Shown here piece by piece: positions 40,151 to 52,430 of a stretch of 64,000 nt of DNA. The notes beneath the pieces are model-generated. The model had not been told where the DNA came from and ran no database searches. It saw nothing but the letters and a program-made list of their open reading frames with translations. The DNA comes from Euglena gracilis. Lineage: Eukaryota. A program made the position numbers and the translations under genes. The stretch is from assembly GCA_039621445.1 (NCBI GenBank), contig CP154954.1:27144123-27208122 (forward strand). Direction: 5' to 3'. Within the stretch, counting starts at the first letter, position 1; the number at the start of each line of letters is the position of its first letter.

Positions 40151-43100
40151 CCCATTGCTGACCACGGTGACTGCCCCCCCCCCCCCACTCCAAGGTGGGC
40201 TCGGCCAGAAGTGGCCAAAGCGTACACCCGACGAAGCCGGAAATGTCTTTAACAACTTGCCAGAAAAATGCACCACTTTTGCGCCATTTTTTATTTACAT
40301 GGGTGGATAGCAGCCCATTTGAGGGTGGGGGTTTCTGGAGACGTCTGATTTTTTTTTTTTTGAAGTGGAATTCCACCCTGAACTGAGTCAACAATGGCAT
40401 GATGGTATCGGCTTTGTGCAATACACAACATCAGGTCCATTGCGTGTGTGAATGCATGTGTGCGTGTGTGAGTGGTGTGTGTGTGGGTGTGCAATGTGTG
40501 TGTGTGACAGTGCCCAGTCCCGGGGGATACCTCTCTGGACAAGCGACTCAGGGACGAAGGGACTCAAGACTCAGACTCTGACCCCTGAGCAAGGTGAAGG
40601 TGCCAGGCCTTGAAAAGGAGTACCCCCTTTTTTTTTGGACCCGTGGACCCTGTGTGCCGACATTTGCCCCCAGGGGGTGGTGGTTATACCTAGCAGAGCA
40701 TTTCTAAACCCCCTCCTCCGTGGCAGTTGGATCAAGCCTGGTGCAGCGTTTCTCGTCACGTGTGATTTATGTGTTGATTACTGATTCAACCAAGTATGCA
40801 CCACCCTTTCTTGGTGGGAAGAACTGCCACAAAAACGACCAACAAGAATGTGTAATGCCACTGTTTCTTGAGAGTATGGCAAGCACAATCAATCAGAAAT
40901 CGTTGGCAAAGCTAGCAGAGCACCAGCGAGATGAATTCATCAACCAAGCGTCTTTACACCCACTTCTCTGGGTATTTCACAGTGCATTTTCAATTTTGAC
41001 TCTGGAAAGGGGGCACCAAGGACCTTGACAATTAGTTCCTGGGGGGTTTGGAGCAGACACTCTTGTGGGAAACTCCCCTCAAATTGTAATTTCACATGGT
41101 AATAATGAGAACACAGGAAATGTAGTTGGAAGATATCCGGACAAAATTGTTTTGCTGGTGTGCCCCCTCCACTTATTTTGACACCCCCTCCACTTATTTT
41201 TTAATGTTCTTTTTTAAGGCTTCCAAGACTGTTAAAGGTTAATTTTTTTTAAGACGCCTTAAAAAAAAAACCTGGTACCTCCCGTCGACGGGGACATTAT
41301 TAACCCCTTGGTGAAAAAGAAAGTGATGGAAAGACTAACGTGATGACATCGTTGTGTTTCCCCCCTCCGTGTGGTGCAGTGGGATCACGGTTTTTCCCAA
41401 CGTTGTGCAGGGGGGGGGGAAATTGATATCCGCATTTTTCCGCAATTTCCGCAATTTTCCGCAATTTTCCGCAATTTTCCGCAATTTTCCGCAATTTTCC
41501 GCAATTTCCGCAATTTTTCCGCAATTTTTTCCCATTTTTTTTCCGCAGAATTTTTTTCCCACCACCGAAGATGGAAGATGCAATGAGTTCAAGCCATTCT
41601 TCAAATGGATCAACAGGTGTTCTATTGTGTTTTGTTGTTTTTCCCCCCCCAGTTTACCAATTTTTCTCACAGGTGCACCACTGGTTACAGAATTGGGTGC
41701 GTCCCACCTGTGCAAAGAACATCAAGCGTGTTGATTTGTGCTCGCCTGCATCGACGTGGGTGTTGCGGTGTTCTGAACCTCACAATTGAAAATTTTCTAA
41801 GTCCCCTCAGACAGAAATGTGTATACCCGATATCAATTTTTCCGCAATTTTTCCGCAATTTCCGCAATTTTTCCGCAATTTTTCCGCAATTTTTCCGAAG
41901 GCCTCCGATATCAATTTCCCCCCCCCCCTGCGTTGTGATCCTTTGGCCCCCTCCCAGGGATGGCCCAGGCTGCGGTGGTGGCGATGAACGGAATGATGGT
42001 CGATGACAGCCAGGGAGGCCAGAGGTCACTGCGTTTCCCCACATTGTTGTCCCTGGATTGAAGGGGGCAGGACCCGAGGGATGGCGGTCTGCAGATCCAC
42101 CCAGGTCAAGGTTCGATCAACGGCCCAGGGGGAACCCCGTCCCGTGCCTCCTCCCCATTCTGTGCCTGGAATCAGAAATAGATACACCAGTGGTGAACTT
42201 TGCTTCGGACTGCCAAGGTAAATCAATTAGGAATGTCTAATAAATTAAGCAGGAACGTCCCCATTCCTAACCACCCCCCTGCCCTGCCCGACCCCCCCAC
42301 CCTCACCCGGGTTCGCACCATACCAAACCCGCTTCTCGGGGGGGGGGGGCAGTTGTCTGCCCCTCAGCATGGCCCCCGCCACCCTGCGGGCGGCCGGTTC
42401 ATTCGGGTGAAGCTGGCGGACCACGACAAGGACAAAGGGGTGACCAGCCGGCCGTCGTCCGACCTCTACGTCTGCAACCTGCCCGACTCCTGGTCGTACG
42501 CGGAGCTGCACTCCACGTTCGCCCGCTACGGGAAGGTGTACTCCTTGACGATGTTCAAGGACTCTGAGACAGGTGCCTTGCTTGCTTGAAGATTCACGTG
42601 TCTGATCACTCAGCCGAATAAAGAGGCGTTGATTTAAATTCTTCCCATTTCCTGCAATGGGTTGGTGGAAGATTCTCAACCAAGTTTCAGGGATTAAAGA
42701 GTAGGGGTGATTTGTTTGAATTCGGTGAGATCTGGGAGTATTTCGTGGGGAGGGGGGGCAGGGCAGGGGTTTTGGAGATGCGGTAACACCTAAGCGAAAG
42801 TGAAACCAAGAGCCACCGAGCCCATGAGCAGTCTTGCACCAGAGCTGCAGCATTCTCCATTCCTTCCATCTGGTGGTTTTTTTGAATCTCCAATTTGTTT
42901 CCCCTTCCTTCCTCTGCACAGAGTTGTAAATATCATTTCTGACCTGCAATGGCTGGAGATACATTTCCCTGGTCCATGCCATGCGTGCTCAGCTGGAGGA
43001 GGGGTGTTCAAGCTAACAATAGTTGCATATTTTATCATTGTCATTATCATTTATTATTTTCGTATTGGAAAATGCGTGGTTTTGCATTCATTTTGTGTAT

Positions 43101-46100
43101 TTTGACCTCTCATTTTGCATTTTTTTTTTTGCATTTTTGCAATTGCATTAAACGTATGTGCATGTTTTTTTTGCACTGTTTTGCCCCTTTTTGCGTTGCT
43201 TATTTTGAGCTGCCTGGTTTCACCCCCCCCCCCCCCGGTGTTCAGGGGGCAACATCGGCAGCGGCATGGTGCGTTACTCCTCCACCGCGGAGGCCACAGC
43301 AGCCATCCAGGGCCTCAACATGCTGCAGCTGCCCGGCATGGACCGCCCCATCGAGGTGAAGTACGCCGAGAGCCGGGCGGAGAAGGACCGCCGCGTCGCG
43401 AACCGCATGGACAACGAAGAGGAAGATCAGGTCGATCCCTTCAAGTGACTGCCCTAGTCGGAGGTTCCCTTCAGACCCGCCTCCCTCGCGCTTGTCTCGG
43501 CCCGCCCACATTGCTCTCATTTAACCACGAGGTCCAAAGAATGAATCCACTCAGGCATTTCTTGTGTACTTGCCTGGCTCAGTAATCGACCTGACCAGGT
43601 TTGGCATTTTCCCCCACTCTAGCCACTCTTCTAATTCCTCCTTCCCTTCCAGGGCGTAGCTTGAGAAAGTTTGACCCCCCCCCCCGGTCCAGCCAGCAGC
43701 CTTTTTCCAGCCAGCAGCCTGTTTCCAGCCCCGGACCCCCCTCCCCCGCTCAACGAGGTTTATTTGTTTCCAGCCGCCCTCTGCAGCTGGACGGCAACCG
43801 ATTTTTCGCTTTTGGGTGCAAAATGGGCAAAAGTGGGTCAAAAATGGGCAAAAAAAATGGGTCAAAATGGGCGAAAATGGGTCGGAAGAGGGCTGGTCAT
43901 GGCAAATATGGTCAAAAATCGCATTTTTCTTGCATAATTGGCAGTTTTTTTGGACATTTTTTTGCGATTCCGATTTTTTTGGTACCCGGTTCGACCCCAG
44001 GTCGGGCCCAGTTCCCGCCCGGGACCCGGCGGAGGGGGGGATCAGCCAGCAGCCTTTTTCCAGCCAGCCATAATTTTCCAGCCTCTGAGCTTGACCCCCC
44101 TGTGTGCACTGTGGCCGTTTTGAGCTTGCCCCCCCCTCGGGGGGGGGAGTCGATGAAAAACGCCCTGCTCCCTTCCCTGGTATTTTGCTTTAACCAAAAT
44201 TTTATGGTGAGATGGCGCCACTTCCATCTCTTTCAAATGTTCACTCCTTGCAGCCACTCCCTCAGCCGGAGCCCCCTCGGTGGAATGAATACCAATGGCC
44301 TCCAAGGCTGTCCGCCCCCCAGACAAAAAGGTCCGAAGCAGACAATTTTTTAAGCACTGGCCGACCCCCCCCCCCCCCGGGGGGGGGGGACTGGGTTTTT
44401 TGGAGGGGGGGGCGCCTGGGGAGGGGGGGTCGGGAAAAAATTACTAAAGTGACCCGGCGCCGAAGGCGCCGGAAAATTTTTTTGGGCCTTTTTTGCATGT
44501 TTTGGGTCAAATTTCCTTTGGATTCCAGAGTGGCCGACCCCCCCCCCCCGGGGGGGTAGTGTCTGACTGGTTTCCTGAAAAAAGTGACTGACTGGTTTTT
44601 CAAAAAGTGGAGTGACCCCCCTCCCCCCCCGGGGTCGGTAAAAAAATTGTATGGTCCGAAGGTGGGAAAGGCCCATACGATGTCCAATGTGATGCCCATT
44701 GAAGATTCTGAACCCCTCCCTAATGAAGGTTTGGGGAGGGTCTTTGACATCAGCCCCCTGTGATATTTACCCCATTGAAATCAGGGTGTTTGATTTTTTT
44801 TTTTTACAATGGAAATGCCCTCTGTGAATAAGGCGGTAGCTTGTGTCAAATATGCCCAAGTTCGCTCCCCACCCCTACTCGGAACCTAACATTGCATTAC
44901 ATTGCATTACGTTATGTTGCATTGCATTGCATTGCATTGCATTGCATTGCATTGCATTGCATTACATTACATTCATTACATAGCATCATATCACATCATA
45001 TCACATTTCATTACATTACAATACATGGCACTACATTACACGTACATTTCAACCCCCCACACTCGCCAACTTGTCATGCGGACAGTTTCCTGGCTCCCGT
45101 CGTTGCTGCTGGTTTCCGTCATTGTGGCTGAGATACCTGGACCTGGACGAACGGCCTTGAACCCAGCCCACCCAGCGGCCGCCCCCCGCCGAGAGCAGCA
45201 GCAGCGGTGGTGGCAGCAGCGGCCAGCTGGCCACCCCGCCGAACGTACCAGCGCAGGACATGGCGGCGGTGCAGGCGTTTTCCCGCATCATGAACCTGAA
45301 CGCAACAACAGGCAACGCGAAGCAAAGCCTGATGTGCCTGAACAATGGGCTGCAGCTCCGGTGTGCAGATGCCTCGCTTGCAGGTGTTTCTTGACCTTAC
45401 CTTACCTTACCTTACTTTACCTTACCTTACCTTACCTTACCTTACCTTTCCTCACCTTACCTTACCTTACCCCCTCGATGGAGGTCCAGCCAGCCAAAAC
45501 CTTTTTTCCAGCAGCTACCAGCCAGGCTGCGGCCTCGGGGGGGGGGGGGAGCTGAAATGGGCTTTACCTCAAAAATTTTCTGTGCAAAGCTCCAGAAATT
45601 ATTTAAAAAGTTTTTTAAAAAAAATTGTCAAAAATGGCATTTTTGAGAAACTTGTGAAAATGAATTGCAAATTATTTATCAAATCATATGAATTTTGGCT
45701 ATTCTTTTCTGGTGGAAAGCAGAAAAGAAGAAAGTTTTTCTGGCTCCAGAGGGTTGAACCCCCCCCCCCAGCCCGGGGTGGTCGGACCGCCCCCTCCCCT
45801 CCCCCGTGCAAAACCAACGCTCGCTTACGGCCCTGCCCGAGGGTGTCTGGCCAAAATTATACTTTGCCAGAAAAATCGACCCTCAAAAATACTGCCAAAA
45901 TGGGCAGAGAACCTTAGGTAATCTTTCAGCATCCTGTTTACAACAGGTTTTGAAACCACTGGGATTTTCTTTGGCTAATGCCAGAGGAAAAAAATCCCTG
46001 AACACAACAGCAAACTATCAAAGTGGGTACAGCAAACATTTTGCGTAACACAAACGCCTCCGTTATTTGGCCTTCTCTGCCACAGGGGTGAAGTGGACCC

Positions 46101-49100
46101 AGCCGCTGATCATACAGATGACACCAGCCAGGACCTGATGGGCGTGCTTTGCTCTGGTAGGGGGTACCCCACATGTCCAGTAGAAATTTTCACATATTCC
46201 AAAACCTCTGCAGGGGATTTTGCGAACGAAAAAGGAAAGAATATCAGTTTGGGGATGTACATAGGCAGGCCATTGTTTAAGCGGAAGAGAGGACCCCACC
46301 CTGCACCTTGGGAGCGGGGTCCAGCCATCAGCAGTTTTATCTCCAGCCAGCAACTTTTTCCAGCCCCTCCTCCCCTGGACGCTTTTTTTTTCAAGCTGCC
46401 TTTTGGGCGGCTGGCAGCAGGGGGGGGAATATGCAACTTGCATGATTTGCTTTTTTTTACATAATCAGGTTTTCCCGAAATTTGCTTTTTTTGCATTTTT
46501 TTTGCATTTTTTTTTTTGTTTAATATTTTGCCTGGAAATTTTTTTTGTAGTTGGTCGCCATGTCATGTTTTGTCTCTGGTCCCTCTGCAGTTGCCTGGCG
46601 TCTTTGATACTTTCACCCTATTAAAAGGCAGCTTTGCAGAGGAGTGAATGTTTTCCGAGTTTGTTTTTGTCATTTTTATTGATGTTCAATGGTGACCTGG
46701 AGGGACGATTTGCTTAGACTGAACGTGCAGGTGCCATTCATGTTGATTTTCAAAGCTTCAGTGCTTGCCATTGTCTTCCAGGAGGTCTTCTTTGTGAACC
46801 ATTGACAGGTGTTTACGGATTTTAGGCAGAAAAACTCTATTATATTCCAGCCTTTTCTCAGGGGTTTTATGCAAGTTGCATTTTTTTTGCATTTTTTGCA
46901 TTTTTTTGACTTGCATAATTCGAAGGGCCAAGTTGCATACCCCCCCCCCTGCTGGAAGGTAACGGAATCTCTGATTTCGGAGTGCAAAAAAATGGCGAAA
47001 ATATGGGCAAAATAAGTCAGAATTTGGCTGGCCGGGGCATATTTTGGGTCAAAATAGGTTTTTTTTGGAGGGCATTTTTGCAGGTTCGATTTTTTTGTAC
47101 CCAGTTCGACCCTGGTTCAGGTCCAGTTCCAGCTGGGGGAGGGGGGGGTCAGCAGCCTTTTCCCAGCAAGCCCAAACTTTCGGTCTGGACCCCCAGTCAA
47201 GGAAGGGAGGGAGGCACCAGGGGGTATTGCTTTAAGCAGGGCGGTCCATAAGGGACGGGATTTTTTTTTTTTAGTTAAGGACCGCCCCCTTGAGGACCGC
47301 CCCCCCCAGCACCAATTTTTGGACCCGAAAAAATTTTTCCGGCGCTTTTGGCGCCGGGTGTTTTTTTTTTGACCCATTTTGGGAGGTCCCCCCAAAAACC
47401 CCTCAAAACCCCATTTTTTCCCCACCTTCCAAAGATTCAAAATTTTCTCAACAATTCATTTTGAGAGTTTTTAGAAGCAAAAAAAAGCCATTGAAAATCC
47501 AAAAAAACTTCCAAGAGAAAAATTGTCAGTAAAATTCTGACTGTGCCAAAATTTGGTCCACTTTTTTTGACCTTCGTTATTTTCCACCCCCCCTCCTAAA
47601 AAATACCAAATTTAACCCTGAAATTGTTAAAATTTTTTGTGAAAAAATGTGGTTTTCCATCAAAAAATCATGTATTTTGGGCTCATTTTTCAAAAAACAG
47701 GGTCGACCCCCCCACCTCCCGGTTGGGGGGGGGTCGACCCCCCCCACCAGGCCTTCCCGTTCTGCCCTGGCCTGCCCCGAAAAAGACCATACACACCTCT
47801 CCCCTCTTCCCCTGGAAGTTGGCAACGAGCCCAAACAATCACTTAGTCATTGATCAACCCCCTCCCTTGCACATTGTGTAAATTGCCCAAAAATTTTGAC
47901 GCTCTGTAAACGGAAGAGGAAGCGGAAAACCGCTTCCAAAAAAAGGGCTTTTTTTTTTGGTTCCTGGAAGAATTCTGGCCGAAAGTACTGGGTCATTTGG
48001 AGATGATGGGGGAAACCCTGTGAAAAAAAAAAAACAGAAGAATGCAAAGAAGCGGTTTTCTGCTTCCTCAACCCAACAAAATAATTTTTGAACAGATCAC
48101 TACAACAGAAGAAGAATACCACTGAACAATCTGAATAGGAAACTACACTGCATTCACTGAAACATCAAACAGTCAATGTTGTATGTTGGTGAGTTGTACA
48201 TTTTACATGTTGCAACAAAAGACGGTCAAAGTTGGCCAAAATTTGGTCAAACTTCTTTGGCCAAATTTTTGGCAATTTTGGGTCATTTCGGTTAACTCTT
48301 GGCAAAATGGTGGCCAAAAAAGTGACAAACAGTCAGGCCAATTGGCCGAAAGTACCAGCGGATTTTGGATTTTTGGAAGGGGGGTAAGGTGGTAGGGGGG
48401 GGGTCCTCCCACCCCCCCCAGTTTCGGAAGGGTGTCCCCCCCTCCTCCTCTGCGGAGGCAAAAAAAAAATCGCGCTGGGAGTGCACTTTAGGACTTTTTT
48501 TGAGGCTAAACATGAAATTTTGGCAAAATGGCCAAAAATGACCATAAATCGGGACAGGTGGAGAGTTGTCAGAAAATCAATATACTGTTAGATAGTGCTT
48601 TTTAAGGGCTTCAATTTAGGTATTAGTCATTTCTTTTGATTCTCCACCATTTTTGAGAAATTTCAGAAAAATTGACCTTTTGACCCCCCAAAAAGCGGCC
48701 GAAATTTTCGGCGACCGAAAACTGGAGATGGGAGGGGTCCCCCCCCCCCAGTTTCAGAAGGGGTCCCCCCCCCTCGGAGATTCCCATACAACCCTGCCCC
48801 CCCCCCCACCTCTTCCCGTATTTCCGGGAGCACCAATTTTTGTACCCCGAAATTTTTTGACCTATTTTGGGACCCGAAATGGGGATCCCCCCCCAAAACC
48901 CCGCAAACCCCATTTTTTTTTCACACCTTCCAAAATTTCAACATTTCTCAAAATTTTGACTTTGAGAGGTTTTTGAAGCAAAAAAATGCCATTGAAAATC
49001 CAAAAAATTCCCAAAGAGAAAAACTCTCAGTAAAATTCGAATGCTCCAAAATTGGTCCTATTTTTTGACCTGCATTTTTTTGATCCCCCTCCTAATAACT

Positions 49101-52100
49101 AACAATTTTCAACCCTAAAATTTTGGAGTTTTTTTTTTTTGGTGAAAATGTGGTTTTCCATCAAAAAACGATGTATTTTGGGTTCATTTTTCAAAGTAAT
49201 TTTCAAAAAAGTTCCCCGACCAAAATCCTTATTTTTCGGTTGAAGTGTATTGGGACAGAATTTTTTTTGCTTAAGGACCGCCCTGGCTTTAAGGCGTAAA
49301 TTTTCAGATTTTCAAGGTTTTTTAAGGCGGGTTTTAAGGGTTTTAAGGTTCCCAAAGGCATTTTTCAAAATTTTAAGGCGTCTGTTTTCCAAGGGAAGTC
49401 CACCCGGCATCAAACGTCCAAAATCCATCCAAAAACGAAAAATTCGTAAACCTCGTTTTTTCGAGTTTGGGTGGGTAGAGAATGTTCCAGCGATGCCAGA
49501 AATTCTTTTTTTTTCTGTATTTGGCTTGTTTTGCCCAGATTTTGCAAGCTCATTTTCTGCTTGAATTTCAAAAAATTTGCCAAATGATTTTCTTTTAAGG
49601 TTCTTGAACGTTTTTAAGGCGTTTTGGCCAAAAAACTTAAGGCTTTTTTAAAGGTCTTAAAAAAAATAACCCCTGGGAGGCACCCCTCACCTACAGCCAG
49701 GCCCCCTCCTTACATTAAACCGTGTCCTCCACCATTCAGCACACCAGTTGCAACTTTGTGGGAACGTTTTAAAGAATATGAAAACTGCTTTGCACGTTGA
49801 AATGAAAATGCATGCTTTCAAGCGTTCCTTTTTCAGATTTGTCGATTTCATCTGATGCATTTTCCTCTCATGTTTCTTTGTAAATAAGGATTTGGCATTC
49901 AAAGCAAATGAATAAAATATATCACAGAAATAATTGAGCGAAACTGGGGCGTCGCTAGCAGCCTTTGCCCCCCCCTGGGGCCGGGAACTGGGACCCCATT
50001 TTTTTGAAATCTGACAGATTTTTGCCCCAAAAGTACCCAAAATCGCATTTTTTGTGGTCAATATTGGTGGGAGGTAATTTCTCTGTTGACCTTGAAAAGG
50101 CTCACAATACAGAAACTGCAGAAAAATAGGGGAACTGCAAGAAATGCACTCAGGATTACTGCAGGGCCACAGGGGGATAAGAAACGCTTCCAAAATTAAA
50201 TCCAGGCTGGATAAATCAAAATTTGAATAGCATAGTGCTTTTCTACCAGAGTTCAACCCCGGAAGGTGGGAGGGTCCGGACTCCTTCAAATTGTCATTGC
50301 CCCCCCCCCCTTCTGGCTCTGGGGTGTGGCATTGGGGAATGAGGCGGCCTCGGGCCTGCCAGGGAGGTGTCAGCGGCGGAGGACTACTCGAACCCGCCGG
50401 GGTTCCCCAGCCGAAAGCCGGGCAAAGGGGGCGGCTCACTGTGGGACCGAGTGCAGGGTGTGTACCCCTCAGCCTCGCCCTGCTCCTGTCGCTGCTTGAC
50501 GCTGTCCCAATGCCCGCCCTGTCCCAACCCCTGTCGGTCGTGGTGGCTCTCCTCGTTAGGGGCTTCGTCTTTAGACAGGCTGGATTTCAAGTGTGGATAA
50601 CCTGGGTGCCCCAAGGTCAGACCAGGGTGCCCCAAGGCACCCTGACCTGATCCTCCCATCTGGGGGGGGGGTTATGGTCAATCTGGTTCTCTTGGTTCTC
50701 TTGCGCTCTGACACCTCCTGGACTCTTATCTTGTTGCTGTTCTGGCTCTGTCGTTTGATTGTGGCTGGGCCGCATCCACTTTTTTCCAGATTGTTGAACA
50801 TGCCAATTTCGTGTTCCCCCCTCCCTCACCACTAGCGTCAATGCTAGTCCCGCACAGTTTACAATTAGAAGCAATATATTGAAGTGTAACCCTGGGTTTT
50901 GAAAATCTGCTACAACCTCCAATTTCCCCCTCGTTTCAACATTTTCCCCATTGTCATCAGGTCTGGCTCACCCCTATATATGACTAGGCACCAGCAAATA
51001 TTCACAACACATCCTGAACAGCTTCCGACATCGGAGCACAGTTTTTTCCTGCACCGTCCCCTGTAGTACAGCAGCCACCACAGCACACCGTTTCCCATCG
51101 CACCACAATCACATCCCCCATCAAGGCACCACGCAACACATTTTAGTTCAGGGAAAAAGATGCCTCCTCATGATTCTGTTCTGGTGTGCTGCCAGTCCTC
51201 TCTTTGCGCTGAAATTTTTTTGGAATTTTTTTTTACAAATCTTTACCCCAAAAGTTCCAAAGGTCCTGCACAAAAAGCGCCGGGGTGAAAATTTGGCCTT
51301 TTTGGCCGTGGTCCCACCCCACCCATTTGACCAGGGGGGGTTCCAAACCCACCCGTCCCACCCCCTTTTATAAAAAACCCTGGGGAGAGGTCAACGTCCC
51401 CACCAGGCACTCCTGCACAGGGAATGCCCCCACACCGTGCGCACCGCGTGTGACACCGCGTTCACCGTGTGGCGCACCACGTGGCGCATCACGTACACTG
51501 TGTGAGAAGAACCATTCCCATTTGTGAAATTTTCACAAATTTTTACCGAACCCTATTTTCTGGTTCTTTTTTTTTGCTGGTTTCTTACAAATCGGCCACT
51601 TTTGGCTGTTCTGAGCCACTTTTTGGCCATTTTAGGCCACTTTTGGCCACCTTCGGCCATTTTGGGTTGCATTTGGCAATTAAGGTCAACCTTTGGCCCG
51701 TTTTCAGCCACCTTTTTTTTTGGCCCATTTTTCACTGTTTTGGCTGCTTCTGGCGTTTTTGTCCATCTGTGGCTATTTTGGACCACTTTTTTGCTGCATT
51801 TAGCAGCTTTTTTTTTTGTACAGATGATGTGGCCATTGTCATAGACATGTTGAGATGTGGTGGAAACACCACTCAATTTTGGCCAAAAAAAGACAGGTAA
51901 AATGACCAAAGTCACCCCATATTGCAATCATTTTCACGGGTGGTTCTTCTTTCAAAAAGTCATTTTAGTTTTTATAAGATTCTTGTCCCACAGTGCCACA
52001 CAACGTTGATGCTGCAGTGCAGAAACATCACCACGCCCTACCCACAACCCATTGTCGATGGTTGCAGTTCCTACAGACTGTTGCCCAGTATTGCACTCAT

Positions 52101-52392
52101 GTACAATTATAAATATCGGAACATCTCGCAGTTTGTCAAATCATTGGTCGTCGGATGTGCACCCCATCAGCAACAAAATTCCCGGTTGCCAAGACACTCA
52201 TCCCCCTCCCCCCCTCTGCAGGTGTCCTGCCGGGCCCTGCTGATATTGGCAACGAGGGTCCCCAGGCACTGTACAAGGGTAACCCACAACAGGCACAGCC
52301 ACCTACCCAAGGCAACCCAGAGGACTGGGGCGGTCCCCCTATGCCCTCTGGTGTTTTCAATGACATCAACAAGGACAATAATTCGGACAACT

Positions 52393-52430
<38 letters not shown>

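Noticed and set aside
40727-40759. Alternative micro-exon GSSLVQRFSS
   Set aside because: Poorer RNP1 match than DGIGFVQY at 40401-40434
44902-45555. 217-aa ORF frame (IPGPGRT...) as the exon frame
   Set aside because: Runs through microsatellites; the alternative frame has better codon usage and matches the phase of the next exon
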